Source: a virus (Duplodnaviria > Caudoviricetes). Taken from it: a stretch of 64,000 bases of DNA. The notes below the pieces were generated by a model, which saw only the letters and a list, made by a program, of their open reading frames with translations, did no database searches and was not told where the DNA came from. The stretch is taken from the IMG/VR virus record IMGVR_UViG_3300033075_001021. The stretch is one strand, 5' to 3'. Position numbers and translations under genes: made by a program. The first letter of the stretch is position 1; each line of letters starts with the position of its first letter. Positions 1 through 11,288 of this stretch are shown here, in pieces.

Positions 1-353
1 AAAGCGGAAAGCTTAGTAGTGGAACACATGGGGTTAGTTTTGATTGTGGAAGGTCGCCAAAGGATATTGACTATAATCTTTGGGAAACAACTGTTTCACA
101 GTTAAAAATTGATAAGATTTTTCCACGTGGACTATACATGCCATGTGTTTTTGAAACAAAAACGTTTATTGATTCTGGTATGTACCCAGAAGGAAATATA
201 TATAGAGGTGGTGTTGGAACACTTGACGGCTTTATTAAAAGTGGTGATGCTTATTATTTCGATGATATTCTTGAAAAGAAATACGGAATGCGGCACATTA
301 CTGTATTTGATTCCTTAGTGTACCATATTCAAGAAGGAGAAAAAGATTCATAA
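1..353 (+). CDS. 5'-truncated ORF, probable glycosyltransferase C-terminus
   Basis: Frame of 138..353 is open back to the window start; sits directly upstream of the GT cluster. Confidence 0.5.
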   Translation, partial: SGKLSSGTHGVSFDCGRSPKDIDYNLWETTVSQLKIDKIFPRGLYMPCVFETKTFIDSGMYPEGNIYRGGVGTLDGFIKSGDAYYFDDILEKKYGMRHITVFDSLVYHIQEGEKDS

Positions 354-1153
354 TGATTTCAATTATATTACCATATTATAATAGAAAGCCGCTTTTATTA
401 AAAACACTACAAAGTTTTGAACATTTTTATCGTAATAAAGATATTGAAGTTATTATTGTAGATGATGGGTCCAGTGAAGAGCATAGACTTGATGAACATC
501 AATTTAATATAAAGACTAAAATTATTCGAATAGAAAATAAGAATGGTATAAACCCATGCTATCCTTATAATGTTGGTGTAAGACATTCAAGCGGTAACAT
601 ATTGATTTTGAGTTCGCCAGAAACTTTCCATACTAAGGATATGTTTAAGATAACAAATAATTTCAACGGGTTAAATAACAATACTTATTTATTATTTTCT
701 GTTTTCTGTATTACACAAAATGATATGATAAATGAAGTTTTAACAGAGCCAGATTTTAATCTAGTAGCAAATAAGATGCGTAATAACATACCAAAATTTT
801 ATTCATATCTTGGTGAAAACGGATATCCGTTTAATAATAATTTTGGTTCTTGGTATCTACATGGTCAAATAAGACCTAGTGGTTTAAATTTCTTTACAGC
901 AATTACAAGAGAAAAGTACTACGATATGTCTGGCTTTGATGAAAGATTTAGATTTGGAACTGGATTTGATGATGACGAATTTAAAAATCGTTTAATTGAA
1001 ACTGGAACAAAATTCATTTATTATGATGATGCTGTGGCAATTCATGTTAACCATGAGGTTGTTAACAACTCACAACCAACAACGAATCAAATTGTATATC
1101 AAAATTCAATGATAAACAAATATCAAAAAAATGACCAATGGGGAAGACTTTAA
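353..1153 (+). CDS. Family 2 glycosyltransferase
   Basis: ISIILPYYNR..EVIIVDDGS N-terminus; GFDERF..G.DD.E motif. Confidence 0.9.
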   Translation: MISIILPYYNRKPLLLKTLQSFEHFYRNKDIEVIIVDDGSSEEHRLDEHQFNIKTKIIRIENKNGINPCYPYNVGVRHSSGNILILSSPETFHTKDMFKITNNFNGLNNNTYLLFSVFCITQNDMINEVLTEPDFNLVANKMRNNIPKFYSYLGENGYPFNNNFGSWYLHGQIRPSGLNFFTAITREKYYDMSGFDERFRFGTGFDDDEFKNRLIETGTKFIYYDDAVAIHVNHEVVNNSQPTTNQIVYQNSMINKYQKNDQWGRL

Positions 1154-2190
1154 AAATAGGACAAATAGTATCCTTTGGTGTTGGGGGTGCCGATAAGTGT
1201 GCATTAAATTTAGTTAAGGGGTTATTAGCACTAAATGAAGATATTGAAATAACTGTATTTTATAACATATATTCTCACCCAAGACAGGATGAGCTATTTA
1301 CAAACCCATCTAGGTTTCAAGACTATACGCAGCTACCAATTAAATTAATTGAGTTTAGTGATGTCTCTGAGTTAAACCAGTATGATATTGACATTTTAAA
1401 CACACATAGGTCGGGTGATGATAATTGGTTTTTACCAAATTTCGAATCAACAGACTTTAAATTTAAAGTTGTTGAAACAAACTTTCATGGGTATAATCAA
1501 ACCAAATCTGATTTTAGGATTTATCCATCAGAAGCAATTTTAAACCATTTAAAGCCTTGTTCTATCCCATATACAATAATTCCAAACCCTATATATAAAA
1601 AAATGACGGATGAGAATTTTAAACGTGAATACGGAATCGAAAATAAATTTGTTTATGGGAGAATAGCTAGACCAGATGGTAATATTTATCTCAATACAAA
1701 TTTAGCCGCATATAAACAAATTGAATCAGAAGACACAGTTTTTGTATACGTGGCTCCAAATGCAATGGCTAGGACAGATGCTAAAAATCTTGAAATTAAA
1801 AATATAATTTTTGTGGACCCAACTTCAGATGAATTTACTGTTTCTAAACTTTATAATACATTTGATGTGTTATGTCATAGCAACCTTCTTGGGGAGACAT
1901 TTGGTAATACAATAGCCGAAGCTATGATACACGGTAAACCAGTCATAACACATGTTGGCCGTGTAAGTTGGCCACAAGCACATAGGGAACTTGTTGGTGA
2001 TAAAACAGAGTTATTTATTACTGAGGATATTACAAATAAATATGCGAATTTAATGAGGCAATTAAAAGATGATAAGGCTTATTATAATGAAATCTCAAAC
2101 TATTTAAAAACTAGGGCAGATAATCTCTATAATTATGTAAGTGTATCTAGGAAATATCTTGAACTATATAAAAGATTATTAAATGAGTGA
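1138..2190 (+). CDS. GT-B (GT4-like) glycosyltransferase
   Basis: GGADK N-terminal motif; GETFGNTIAEAMIHGKPVI. Confidence 0.88.
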   Translation: MGKTLKIGQIVSFGVGGADKCALNLVKGLLALNEDIEITVFYNIYSHPRQDELFTNPSRFQDYTQLPIKLIEFSDVSELNQYDIDILNTHRSGDDNWFLPNFESTDFKFKVVETNFHGYNQTKSDFRIYPSEAILNHLKPCSIPYTIIPNPIYKKMTDENFKREYGIENKFVYGRIARPDGNIYLNTNLAAYKQIESEDTVFVYVAPNAMARTDAKNLEIKNIIFVDPTSDEFTVSKLYNTFDVLCHSNLLGETFGNTIAEAMIHGKPVITHVGRVSWPQAHRELVGDKTELFITEDITNKYANLMRQLKDDKAYYNEISNYLKTRADNLYNYVSVSRKYLELYKRLLNE

Positions 2191-2830
2191 ACAATTAGAA
2201 ATATCACAAGCTGAATTTTTACACATTATTGCCAATTTTTTTCCAGATAATGAAATTAAAAATATAATGGAAATCGGGTCATTAAACGGCAATGATTCAC
2301 GTCTGTATAAATCCAGATATCCGAATGCGAATGTATATTGTATCGAAGGCTTAAAAGAAAATTTTGACCTATACATCAAGGATTCTACTGAGCTGATTCC
2401 AATCAATGTTATTGTTACAGATTTTGATGGTACGATTTCATTCCATAAAAAAAATGTTAACGGTATTCATAGCATATATAATCGTGGAAACGCATACGGT
2501 ACGGAAGTACTATCAAATCAAACATGTAAAACATTTAATACTATTTGCAACGAATACAACATACCAAATATTGATGTTATTAAAATAGATGTTGAAGGCG
2601 CAACATTTGAAGTTCTATCTGGTATGAAAGAAAAAATTAAAGACATAAAAATAATGCATATTGAAACCGAGTCAATACCATTTTTTGAAGGGCAAAAGTT
2701 ACACGATGAAGTTGTTAATTATTTAACTGCAAATGGTTTTGAATTAGTTAAAATGACAAGCGTAAACATAAGCGGTGGGTTTCAACATGACTCTATTTGG
2801 ATTAATAAAAATGCACATGGAAAAAATTAA
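2183..2830 (+). CDS. FkbM-family SAM methyltransferase
   Basis: MEIGSLNG motif; IDVIKIDVEGA.FEVL. Confidence 0.88.
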   Translation: MSEQLEISQAEFLHIIANFFPDNEIKNIMEIGSLNGNDSRLYKSRYPNANVYCIEGLKENFDLYIKDSTELIPINVIVTDFDGTISFHKKNVNGIHSIYNRGNAYGTEVLSNQTCKTFNTICNEYNIPNIDVIKIDVEGATFEVLSGMKEKIKDIKIMHIETESIPFFEGQKLHDEVVNYLTANGFELVKMTSVNISGGFQHDSIWINKNAHGKN

Positions 2831-3740
2831 AAGGGGATGGTTAGTAAACGATACTTTAACCTGTATACCTGGCACAAAAACTTTTTGGCACGACTTATTA
2901 GACTGGATACCAAATCTAGAAGACAAATGCAATGGTCACACATCATTCCCAATTTTAGCATCTAAAATTGAGAGTGAAGGCCAAATCACACCACCAGACT
3001 ATATCATTAGGAATGCGACATACTTTAGAAGAATTAATCTTCCAGTAAAAACAATCAGTTTATTACAAGATTTATCCCCAGATAATCCAATGCAAATTGA
3101 TGTATGCAATAATTCAGACATTGTTGTTTATAACTCACCATATACTAAAGCACATTACGAAGGAAAAATCACATCAAAATCTGTCATGATTCCACTTGGC
3201 GTCGATTTTAATAAATTTACACCACATAATAAAAGCTATGCCGAAGAGCTTGGGGTGTTACCAAATTCAATTCTATTCATCGGCGCCGCAAATAATCACC
3301 CCAAAGGGTTTGATATTATGTTAGATATCATCAACAATACCGACTATAATTTCTGTTTAGTGATGAAGGATGGGTATCAAATAAACAATCCTAGGGTAAA
3401 GGTTTTTAATAGGATTGACCATGATTTATTGGTTAAGGTAATAAACTCATGCGAACAACTTGTTTGTACGTCTAGAGTTGAAACACTTCACCTAGCTGGT
3501 GTGGAAGCAGCTGCTTGTAATTTACCGTTGGTCACCTCCAACGTTGGAATTTATTATAATTCAGAAAATGGAATTTGGGGTCGAAACGTAAAAACGTTTA
3601 ATCCTCAGGATTTTATACAAGAAATCAAATTCGTTAAAGAAAATCTTCACACATTCTCACCAAGACAACACTTCTTAAATCTTGGGTTAGATATTGATAG
3701 CTGCAAAAAAAATTGGTTGAATCTTATTGACAATTTGTAG
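2817..3740 (+). CDS. GT4-like glycosyltransferase
   Basis: IPLGVDF, KGFD, ETLHLAGVEAAACNLPLV; ATG at 2817 preferred to the non-ATG start in the ORF track. Confidence 0.8.
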   Translation: MEKIKRGWLVNDTLTCIPGTKTFWHDLLDWIPNLEDKCNGHTSFPILASKIESEGQITPPDYIIRNATYFRRINLPVKTISLLQDLSPDNPMQIDVCNNSDIVVYNSPYTKAHYEGKITSKSVMIPLGVDFNKFTPHNKSYAEELGVLPNSILFIGAANNHPKGFDIMLDIINNTDYNFCLVMKDGYQINNPRVKVFNRIDHDLLVKVINSCEQLVCTSRVETLHLAGVEAAACNLPLVTSNVGIYYNSENGIWGRNVKTFNPQDFIQEIKFVKENLHTFSPRQHFLNLGLDIDSCKKNWLNLIDNL

Positions 3741-3760
3741 GAAATCAATATATTGGACTC

Positions 3761-4333
3761 ATGCAAATTAAAAGAGTCAATCTCCACAGTTGGATACAAC
3801 ACAACACCAATGGTTCAAATACTGTTGTTGAACTTGGTGCAATGTTTTTTGAAAAATTAAAACACGTACATCCAAGCGTTAAAACAAAAGTTGGTATAGA
3901 AATCTGGGAACCATATATTAAGTCTGAAGTAGACCACTTTGGTGTACCTGTAATTAAAGATTGTATTAAAATCCATGGAAGTGTTTTAGATTATAAAGAA
4001 CTTCTATCTGGATATGAACTTGATACAGCAATGATTATTGATGTTTTAGAACACTTTGATAAGGAAATAGCCTTTAAATGGATTGAAGACCTTAAAACAG
4101 ATTTCAATAAAATCATGCTAATGGTTCCAGCGGGTTATTTTCCACAAGAAGTTGACCATTCTGGCTTTAATGCTGATGAATATCAAAAACACAGAAGCTC
4201 ATGGTATCAAGAAGATATTGAAAAACTTGGATTTCAAGAAGTAGTTTTAGACCCAAATTTTCACTCTAATCCAGAACTGGTGGCTAATAAAATGGACACA
4301 GGATGTTGGTTTTGTGTCTGGACTAAAAACTAA
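3761..4333 (+). CDS. Class I SAM methyltransferase-like protein
   Basis: VVELGA motif; DVLEHF motif. Confidence 0.65.
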   Translation: MQIKRVNLHSWIQHNTNGSNTVVELGAMFFEKLKHVHPSVKTKVGIEIWEPYIKSEVDHFGVPVIKDCIKIHGSVLDYKELLSGYELDTAMIIDVLEHFDKEIAFKWIEDLKTDFNKIMLMVPAGYFPQEVDHSGFNADEYQKHRSSWYQEDIEKLGFQEVVLDPNFHSNPELVANKMDTGCWFCVWTKN

Positions 4334-4336
4334 ATT

Positions 4337-5296
4337 ATGAAGGAAAAAATCTTACTTGTTGGCGGCGCTGGCTATATTGGTGGTTTGACCTGCGACCATT
4401 TAATCAATGCTGGTTTTGATGTAACAGTATATGATAATCTTCTATATGAAAATAGATATTTAAAAGAAATACCATTTGTATATGGTGATATTAGAGATAC
4501 ACAAAAACTATACGAAGTATCAAAGGATTATGACATTATTGTATTAATGGCTGCGCTTGTTGGTGACCCAGCATGTAGTGTTGACCCAATCCTAACAGAA
4601 GAAATCAATTACAAGGCGATTAAAGATTTTTGTGATGTTGTATTGCCAAACAAACACTTGGTGTTTATGTCAACATGTTCCGTATATGGCGCACAAGATG
4701 GCTTATTAAACGAGGATAGCCCAACAAACCCACTTTCATCATATGCCTCAACTAAACTAAAAGCTGAAGAACACGTATTAAAACTAGGTGGAACGATATT
4801 TAGATTGGGTACTGTCTTTGGACTTGGTGATACATATTCAAGATTAAGAATGGACCTTGTAGTCAATGTTTTGACAATGAAAGCGGTTAAAACTGGTACA
4901 ATAACAATCAACGGTGGTGAACAATGGAGGCCAATAATTGCAGTAAAAGATATTGCTGGATATGTAACTGAAGCATGTCAAGAAAAATACGCTGGTGTAT
5001 ATATTTTATCAAAAGAAAATGTTGTAATCAGAGAGCTTGGTGAAAAAATTGCCAAGTTAGTACCTAACACAGAAGTTAAATACACTGAAATTTCTTTTCA
5101 AGATGCAAGAAACTATAAAGTTGACAATACAAAATCATTAAATACATTTAAGTATAAACCAATGGTTAGTGTTGAAGACGAAGTAACAAGAATGGTCAAA
5201 CTATTCCAAGAACATAGAGTAGAGGACCCTGAAGATAAAGTTTATCATAACGGTGCCTTTCTAAAAAATAAAAAAGAACAAAATCAATTAATATGA
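4337..5296 (+). CDS. NAD-dependent epimerase/dehydratase
   Basis: GGAGYIG, STCSVYG and YxxxK (YASTK). Confidence 0.92.
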   Translation: MKEKILLVGGAGYIGGLTCDHLINAGFDVTVYDNLLYENRYLKEIPFVYGDIRDTQKLYEVSKDYDIIVLMAALVGDPACSVDPILTEEINYKAIKDFCDVVLPNKHLVFMSTCSVYGAQDGLLNEDSPTNPLSSYASTKLKAEEHVLKLGGTIFRLGTVFGLGDTYSRLRMDLVVNVLTMKAVKTGTITINGGEQWRPIIAVKDIAGYVTEACQEKYAGVYILSKENVVIRELGEKIAKLVPNTEVKYTEISFQDARNYKVDNTKSLNTFKYKPMVSVEDEVTRMVKLFQEHRVEDPEDKVYHNGAFLKNKKEQNQLI

Positions 5297-5715
5297 GTGA
5301 ATTAATTACAACATATATTGGCGGGATTTCAGTTGATGATAGAGGTCAATTACGTTTTGTGAATGATTTTAATTTTGAAAACGTAAAAAGATTTTATCAA
5401 GTAGAAAACCATAGACAAGGCTTTATAAGAGCATGGCATGGCCACAAAAAAGAGGGTAAATACGTTTATGTTGCCGCTGGTACTGCACTTGTAGGTGTCG
5501 TAAATATGGATACTGAACAAGTTAGCAAATTTATTTTAAGTGCAAAGCAACCAAAGGTATTATACATCCCACCAAATCACTATAACGGATTTAAAAACCT
5601 CGAAGAAAATACGTCGGTTATTTTCTTTTCAACATCAACCCTAGAAGAAAGCATGGGTGACGACATAAGAATGCCACACGATAAATGGAATATCTGGGCA
5701 GAAGATTTTAGATAA
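5293..5715 (+). CDS. RmlC-like cupin (dTDP-sugar epimerase/isomerase)
   Basis: DDRG, RAWHGH, LYIPP..YNGF. Confidence 0.8.
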   Translation: MSELITTYIGGISVDDRGQLRFVNDFNFENVKRFYQVENHRQGFIRAWHGHKKEGKYVYVAAGTALVGVVNMDTEQVSKFILSAKQPKVLYIPPNHYNGFKNLEENTSVIFFSTSTLEESMGDDIRMPHDKWNIWAEDFR

Positions 5716-5720
5716 ACATT

Positions 5721-6539
5721 ATGAAAATTTACATTTTAGGTGCTAGCGGAATGCTAGGAAAATACGTTTCAAAATACTTAGGGCAAAAATATGCCGTAAT
5801 TGAAGTTAACAGAGACGCCATTGATGCTAGCACAGTAACGAAAGAATCGTTAACAGCAAAATTATTTCACCTTGGCGCTAGAAAGGGTGATGTTATAATA
5901 AATTGTATCGGAACAATTAAACCAAGAGTTGACGAACTTGGTGATACGAATGCCATTATTGTTAATTCAGTATTTCCTAGAATACTATCAAAAGCCTCTA
6001 GAGAACTTGGTTTGAATATGATTCACCCAACAACAGATTGCGTATATTCTGGGTTAAAAGGCCAATATGTCGAGACAGACCAATACGATGTTAGCGATGT
6101 ATACGGAATGTCAAAAGCCATGGGCGAACCATCTGATTGCACAGTAATTAGAACATCCATTATTGGTGAAGAGGTTGGACAAAAACGTTCACTAGTTGAG
6201 TGGGTTAAATCAAACGCAAACGGGGAAGTTTTTGGGTTTACCAACCATTATTGGAATGGTGTAACGTGTTTGCAATTTGCAAAAATTTGCGAAGAAATCA
6301 TCAATAAATTTCTTTACTGGCACGGTACTAGACATTTTCATTCAAATATCGTAAATAAAAAACAACTAGTAGAAATAATTAGTAATGTTTATGGTTTGAA
6401 TATAAAAGTAAATCCAAAAGAAACAACTACAATGTGTGATAGAACACTTGGAACACTTTACAGCATGGGTATATCAATACCAACCCTTGAACAACAAATA
6501 ATCGAAATGAAAGAATTTTCAAGTATTTTATATAGCTAA
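5721..6539 (+). CDS. RmlD-like dTDP-4-dehydrorhamnose reductase
   Basis: GASGMLG, TDCVYSG, YGMSKAMGE. Confidence 0.85.
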   Translation: MKIYILGASGMLGKYVSKYLGQKYAVIEVNRDAIDASTVTKESLTAKLFHLGARKGDVIINCIGTIKPRVDELGDTNAIIVNSVFPRILSKASRELGLNMIHPTTDCVYSGLKGQYVETDQYDVSDVYGMSKAMGEPSDCTVIRTSIIGEEVGQKRSLVEWVKSNANGEVFGFTNHYWNGVTCLQFAKICEEIINKFLYWHGTRHFHSNIVNKKQLVEIISNVYGLNIKVNPKETTTMCDRTLGTLYSMGISIPTLEQQIIEMKEFSSILYS

Positions 6540-7492
6540 TGGGATTAACTGAATGGTTACGAAATAAGGTGGCGGCATTATCAATTGCATTGTCAAACGT
6601 TGAGAAAAACACATTCTCTCAAGGTAAAGACACTTTTGCTCAAGATACACATCATGTTCAAAGACATCAACAAGGAACACTTGCTGATGCACTTGTACAT
6701 GGTGAAGTCACACAAGAAGTTAAGAATTTACGTTGGAGAACTTATAAAATTCTTAAAGCGTCAAAGGGTCTATCATTGAGTTTTGATAAAACAGATGATG
6801 ATGGTGATGAATGGTATAATGTAAAAAAAGTAGAGCAGACAAGACTTTTAAACAAAGTTGTCATGGATTTATATGACAAATATCCATTAGAATTGGTTGT
6901 TTTAAATGAAGAAACAAAACTGGGGGATATTAATTCAATTACCGAACATTTTAAGGATTATTCAGAACCAATAAAAAATAAAAACGACAAGGGTGAAGTT
7001 GTAAGTGCAACGCATGGTGAAATCTCGGCAAATGAATTTTTTATTTCTAATAAAGGTGAGAAACCAATTCAAATTGGGCGTACAATATTTCCTAAATTTT
7101 ATTTAGAAAGATACACCAAAAAAATGAATGTTAGAAAAATAAACGATACGGAGAAACTATTAGAGTTTTACATTAGCAAATATCCAAACGAATACGATAG
7201 AACAAACAATTTATTTATCAAGCAAGTTGAAAAAGTTATGAATGACAACCCACAAAAAGCTAACTTTTTAGAAATTAATAATGTTGAATTTATTAGCGAA
7301 CAAACATTGGGGTGTGATGATTTTCTTTATTTTAACTATGAAATAAAGAAATTCGATAAAATAATTGAATTTGATGGGCACTACGTAATTAAATTTATTG
7401 CAACCGTTATTAATGACGGTGAAGATGTACTTTTAAAATATGTTGAACCAGAACTTGAAGAAAAATATATTAATAAAGAACGGAAAACTTAA
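6539..7492 (+). CDS. Hypothetical phage protein
   Basis: 317-aa ORF, start overlaps the upstream stop. Confidence 0.75.
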   Translation: MGLTEWLRNKVAALSIALSNVEKNTFSQGKDTFAQDTHHVQRHQQGTLADALVHGEVTQEVKNLRWRTYKILKASKGLSLSFDKTDDDGDEWYNVKKVEQTRLLNKVVMDLYDKYPLELVVLNEETKLGDINSITEHFKDYSEPIKNKNDKGEVVSATHGEISANEFFISNKGEKPIQIGRTIFPKFYLERYTKKMNVRKINDTEKLLEFYISKYPNEYDRTNNLFIKQVEKVMNDNPQKANFLEINNVEFISEQTLGCDDFLYFNYEIKKFDKIIEFDGHYVIKFIATVINDGEDVLLKYVEPELEEKYINKERKT

Positions 7493-7523
7493 CAAGTTTC
7501 CGATATTTATATAAAAAACCTGC

Positions 7524-8390
7524 ATGAATAAAAAATCATCAGAGAAGAAAACGAGAGGAAAAAGAGTAAACACGTTATCAGCTTCATCAGAAAATACTCA
7601 CCAAGTAAATTACGGTATTGATGTATCAACCCTAATTCATTTTTACGACAATTTTAAGTGTAAAAATAAGACTCAAAAAGAATTCTTAAGTCTAATTAAT
7701 AAGAAAGAATTTGTGATTGCTTCTGGGCCAGCTGGTGTAGGTAAATCCTATGTCGCCATTGCAAGAGCCCTAGAATTAATTAAGGACCCATTAACACCAT
7801 ATAAAAAGCTTATTATTTCAAAACCAGCAGTGGAAGCGGATGAACATCATGGTTTCACACCAGGCGACCTTCGTGAAAAAATGGAACCATACGTCTCATC
7901 AACATTAGATATTATTGATGAATTAATTGGTAAAATCAATAGATTAGCTTTAGAAGAGAACGGGTTTTTAATTGTATTACCATTGGCGTTTATCAGGGGT
8001 AAATCTATCAATAATACTGTTTTGGTAATGGAAGAAGCCCAGAATATGACACCAAGGCAAATGAAAACCCTAATGACCCGTATTGGTCATGATAGTAAGT
8101 TTATCATATCTGGTGACTTAGACCAGTCAGATAAATTTAAAAACGTGACAGACAGTGGTTTATATGACGCTATTAAAAGACATAAAAATATTGAAGAAAT
8201 TGGGTTTATTGAGTTTAACGAAGATGAAATTGTAAGAAATCCAATTATTACAAAAATACTCTTGAATTACAAACCGAAACCCGTCGAAGTGCCAACCTCA
8301 ACACAAAAAACCCTTCTAGTTGAGGGTAAAAATCATAAAAAAACCAAAAAAGAAAGTATTTTTCAAAAAATACTAAACTTATTCAGATAA
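7524..8390 (+). CDS. phoH: PhoH-family ATPase
   Basis: GPAGVGKS Walker A, FIRGKS, EEAQN, SGDLDQSD. Confidence 0.93.
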   Translation: MNKKSSEKKTRGKRVNTLSASSENTHQVNYGIDVSTLIHFYDNFKCKNKTQKEFLSLINKKEFVIASGPAGVGKSYVAIARALELIKDPLTPYKKLIISKPAVEADEHHGFTPGDLREKMEPYVSSTLDIIDELIGKINRLALEENGFLIVLPLAFIRGKSINNTVLVMEEAQNMTPRQMKTLMTRIGHDSKFIISGDLDQSDKFKNVTDSGLYDAIKRHKNIEEIGFIEFNEDEIVRNPIITKILLNYKPKPVEVPTSTQKTLLVEGKNHKKTKKESIFQKILNLFR

Positions 8391-8428
8391 TTACTTGACT
8401 TATAGTCATTTTTAATTAAAATTGTTTC

Positions 8429-9031
8429 ATGAGAATAGGAGTTTCAATCAATGAGGTCCTAAGGGACTTTCTTAGCCAATTAACGTACACCTATGACAAG
8501 TACATGGGTGCTTCAAACATCAAGGAAGGTGACATCAAATCTTTTAACCTATTGGAATATTTTCAATTTAAAGATATTGATGAGCTTAATAAATTCATTT
8601 ATTTAGAAGCACCGTTAGAAATATTTGGTCATGCTGACCAAATGTCAGATGGAATCATGATTCACTTTAATAATTTCTTAAGTGATATTAAGGACGATGG
8701 CGAACATCAAATTGAGCTTGTTAGCAAAGAAGCTGATAAAAGCATTCCATCAACTTTTTTCTTTTTGTCTAAAACTGGCTGTAAAGCCGACAAAATTAGA
8801 TTTGTCAATAACGCAATTAAAGAATGGGATGGTGTCGACATTCTAATTACAGCTAATCCAGATGCACTAAAAAATAAACCAAGCGGAAAGATTAGTGTTA
8901 AAATTAAAGCTTCATACAACGAAGATGTAAAAGCTGATTTTGAGCTTGATTCAATTTTGGATTTTATTAAAGACGAATCTTTAAGAAATAAAATCCTAAA
9001 CACCGAAATAACAACATACGAAGAAATTTAA
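8429..9031 (+). CDS. HAD-fold nucleotidase-like protein with degenerate catalytic motif
   Basis: MRIGVSINEVLRD resembles IGxDxDxVLxD with the aspartates lost; TTGACT-N17-TAAAAT upstream. Confidence 0.55.
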   Translation: MRIGVSINEVLRDFLSQLTYTYDKYMGASNIKEGDIKSFNLLEYFQFKDIDELNKFIYLEAPLEIFGHADQMSDGIMIHFNNFLSDIKDDGEHQIELVSKEADKSIPSTFFFLSKTGCKADKIRFVNNAIKEWDGVDILITANPDALKNKPSGKISVKIKASYNEDVKADFELDSILDFIKDESLRNKILNTEITTYEEI

Positions 9032-9034
9032 ACT

Positions 9035-9388
9035 ATGCTAGAATTTGGAGATGCAATCTTTTACATCGATTTAAAAGCTTTTGATAAAGCAATCACCGTA
9101 GTCAACGGAAAGACAGAATCTGTAACAGACACTGAAGAAAAAACAACCATGGATGAGAATGGTAAATTAAAACTCCTCGAAAAATATTCAAGGACAACAC
9201 CAAGGTCTAAAGAAATTGATGCGACGAAATATGATTTACTTAAAACTCTTTTAGAGTATATTATTGATTACGACGAACTTTCTGACGATACACTAGGGGC
9301 CGATAGAGCATTAGCTCAGACTCCGTTTCCCTTTAAATTAGCATTTAACACTCTATATAACGAAGGTATAATAAAAGAAAAAAAATAA
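9035..9388 (+). CDS. Hypothetical protein
   Basis: 117-aa ORF in operon. Confidence 0.7.
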   Translation: MLEFGDAIFYIDLKAFDKAITVVNGKTESVTDTEEKTTMDENGKLKLLEKYSRTTPRSKEIDATKYDLLKTLLEYIIDYDELSDDTLGADRALAQTPFPFKLAFNTLYNEGIIKEKK

Positions 9389-9391
9389 GAT

Positions 9392-10510
9392 ATGGAAGAA
9401 CAAAAAAAACAAGTTGAACAAATCAACGGCCTAATCGAAAAATTGGAAAAAAAAGATTTTGGGCTGTACTTCTTCACACTAGATACCAAGGGTAACCCAA
9501 CCGCTGGTATTGCAAACATTTACGAACACGTTAAATTACTTAATGAATTGGGTTATAAGGCATACATTCTTCATGAAAAGAATGATTATAAACTAAAAGG
9601 TGATGAAACTGGAATGGGAATTTCAGATTGGCTTGGAGAAGAATATGCGGAACTTCCGCACATTTCTATTGAAAGTCAAAATCTTAATATTACCCCAACC
9701 GATTTTATTATAATCCCTGAGGTATTCTCAACCATTATGGACCAAGTTAAAGGGTTTCCGTGTAGAAAGGTCGTTCTTAGCCAAAGCTATGATTATCTAT
9801 TGGAGCTTTTACCCATAGGTAAAAGATGGGATTTAGATTATGGTTTTAACCATGTTATTACCACTAGTAACAGACAAGCTTCCTACATTAGAAGTCTTTT
9901 CCCGATGACAAGAGTTCACACTATTCCAGTATCAATCCCTGAATACTTTAAACCTAATGACAAACCAAAAATTCCTGTAATTACCCTTCATACAAGACAT
10001 CAAGGTGACGCTGCTAAAATTGCTAAAGCATTTTATTTACAGTTCCCTATGTATAAGTGGATTACATTTAAAGAACTTCGTGGTCTTCCAAGAAGAACAT
10101 TTGCTGAAGAACTTCGTAAATCATGTTTGTCTGTTTGGATTGATGACCCAGCTGGATTTGGAACATTCCCATTGGAGGCAATGGAATGTGGTACACCAGT
10201 AATCGGTAAGGTTCCTAATATGGTTCCAGAATGGCTAGAAACAACAGACGAGCAAGGAAATTTGGTTGTTAAGAACAATGGTATTTGGACCAATACAACT
10301 TTAAATATTCCTGAACTTATTGCAACATACATTAAAGTTTGGTTGGAAGATTCAATTCCTTCTGACTTAACAGAAGCAATTAAAGAATCAACAGGACAAT
10401 ATACATCAGAAAAACAAAAAGAAATTCTAGCACAGGTATATGGCGAGTTGATTGAGGAAAGAAAACAAGAATTTAATAACATGCTACCAAAAGTAGAAGA
10501 AAAAGCTTAA
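9392..10510 (+). CDS. GT-B glycosyltransferase
   Basis: GIANIYEHV..L; FGTFPLEAMECGTPVIG. Confidence 0.8.
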   Translation: MEEQKKQVEQINGLIEKLEKKDFGLYFFTLDTKGNPTAGIANIYEHVKLLNELGYKAYILHEKNDYKLKGDETGMGISDWLGEEYAELPHISIESQNLNITPTDFIIIPEVFSTIMDQVKGFPCRKVVLSQSYDYLLELLPIGKRWDLDYGFNHVITTSNRQASYIRSLFPMTRVHTIPVSIPEYFKPNDKPKIPVITLHTRHQGDAAKIAKAFYLQFPMYKWITFKELRGLPRRTFAEELRKSCLSVWIDDPAGFGTFPLEAMECGTPVIGKVPNMVPEWLETTDEQGNLVVKNNGIWTNTTLNIPELIATYIKVWLEDSIPSDLTEAIKESTGQYTSEKQKEILAQVYGELIEERKQEFNNMLPKVEEKA

Positions 10511-10514
10511 TATC

Positions 10515-10554
10515 ATGGGAGAAAAAAACAAATATATCGGTAATACTACCAGTT
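10515..10554 (+). pseudogene. Orphaned 5' end of the GT2 gene at 11289 (MGEK / TNISVILPV, one extra A)
   Basis: KTNISVILPV vs KTEISVILPV, 9/10 aa identical with 6 synonymous codon differences. Confidence 0.75.
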
Positions 10555-10593
10555 TTTTGTTAAAATGATATATTTATATATAAACAATCGATT

Positions 10594-11286
10594 ATGATTA
10601 TATATAAAACAACAAATCTTGTTAATGGTAAATTTTATATTGGTAAGGATGAAAAAAATAACCCGAATTATTTAGGTTCGGGTAAAATTTTAAAAATAGC
10701 GATTAAAAAGTATGGTACTGAAAATTTTAAGAAAGAAATTCTTGAAGAATGCAATAACAAAAAAGAACTAAATGAAAAAGAAAAATATTGGATAACCACT
10801 TTATCAGCAACAACTCTTGGATATAATATTGCAGAAGGTGGGACTGGTGGTAAAACAAAATTTAATACAACACATGTTTATCAATTTAATAAAAACGGTG
10901 ATTTTATAAAAGAATGGAATTCGGCAGCTGAGGTTGAAAGAACATTGGGTATTGACCAATCAGCGGTAATAAAAGCATGTAAAAGAAAATTGTTGAGTGT
11001 TAAGGGGTTTATGTGGTCATATGAAAATAATATAAAATCATTTTCTGATACAAGAAAAATTAAAATTTTACAATACGATAAAAATGGTTGTTTTATTAAA
11101 GAATGGGATTCAATTGTTGATGTTAAAAAAGCATATGTAATATGTGATAGACATATCCAATTAGTTCTTGATAAACCAAATAAAACAGCAAAAGGGTTTA
11201 TTTGGCTAAGAAAAAAAGAAAAGATAATAGATAAAATTGAGGTACCAAAATCTGGATATTTCAATAATAAAAATGCTAAAAAATAA
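10594..11286 (+). mobile_element. Free-standing GIY-YIG homing endonuclease with NUMOD1-like repeats
   Basis: IIYKTTNLVNGKFYIG, YLGSG, GYN; two VYQF.K.G.FIKEW.S repeats. Confidence 0.9.
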
Positions 11287-11288
11287 TT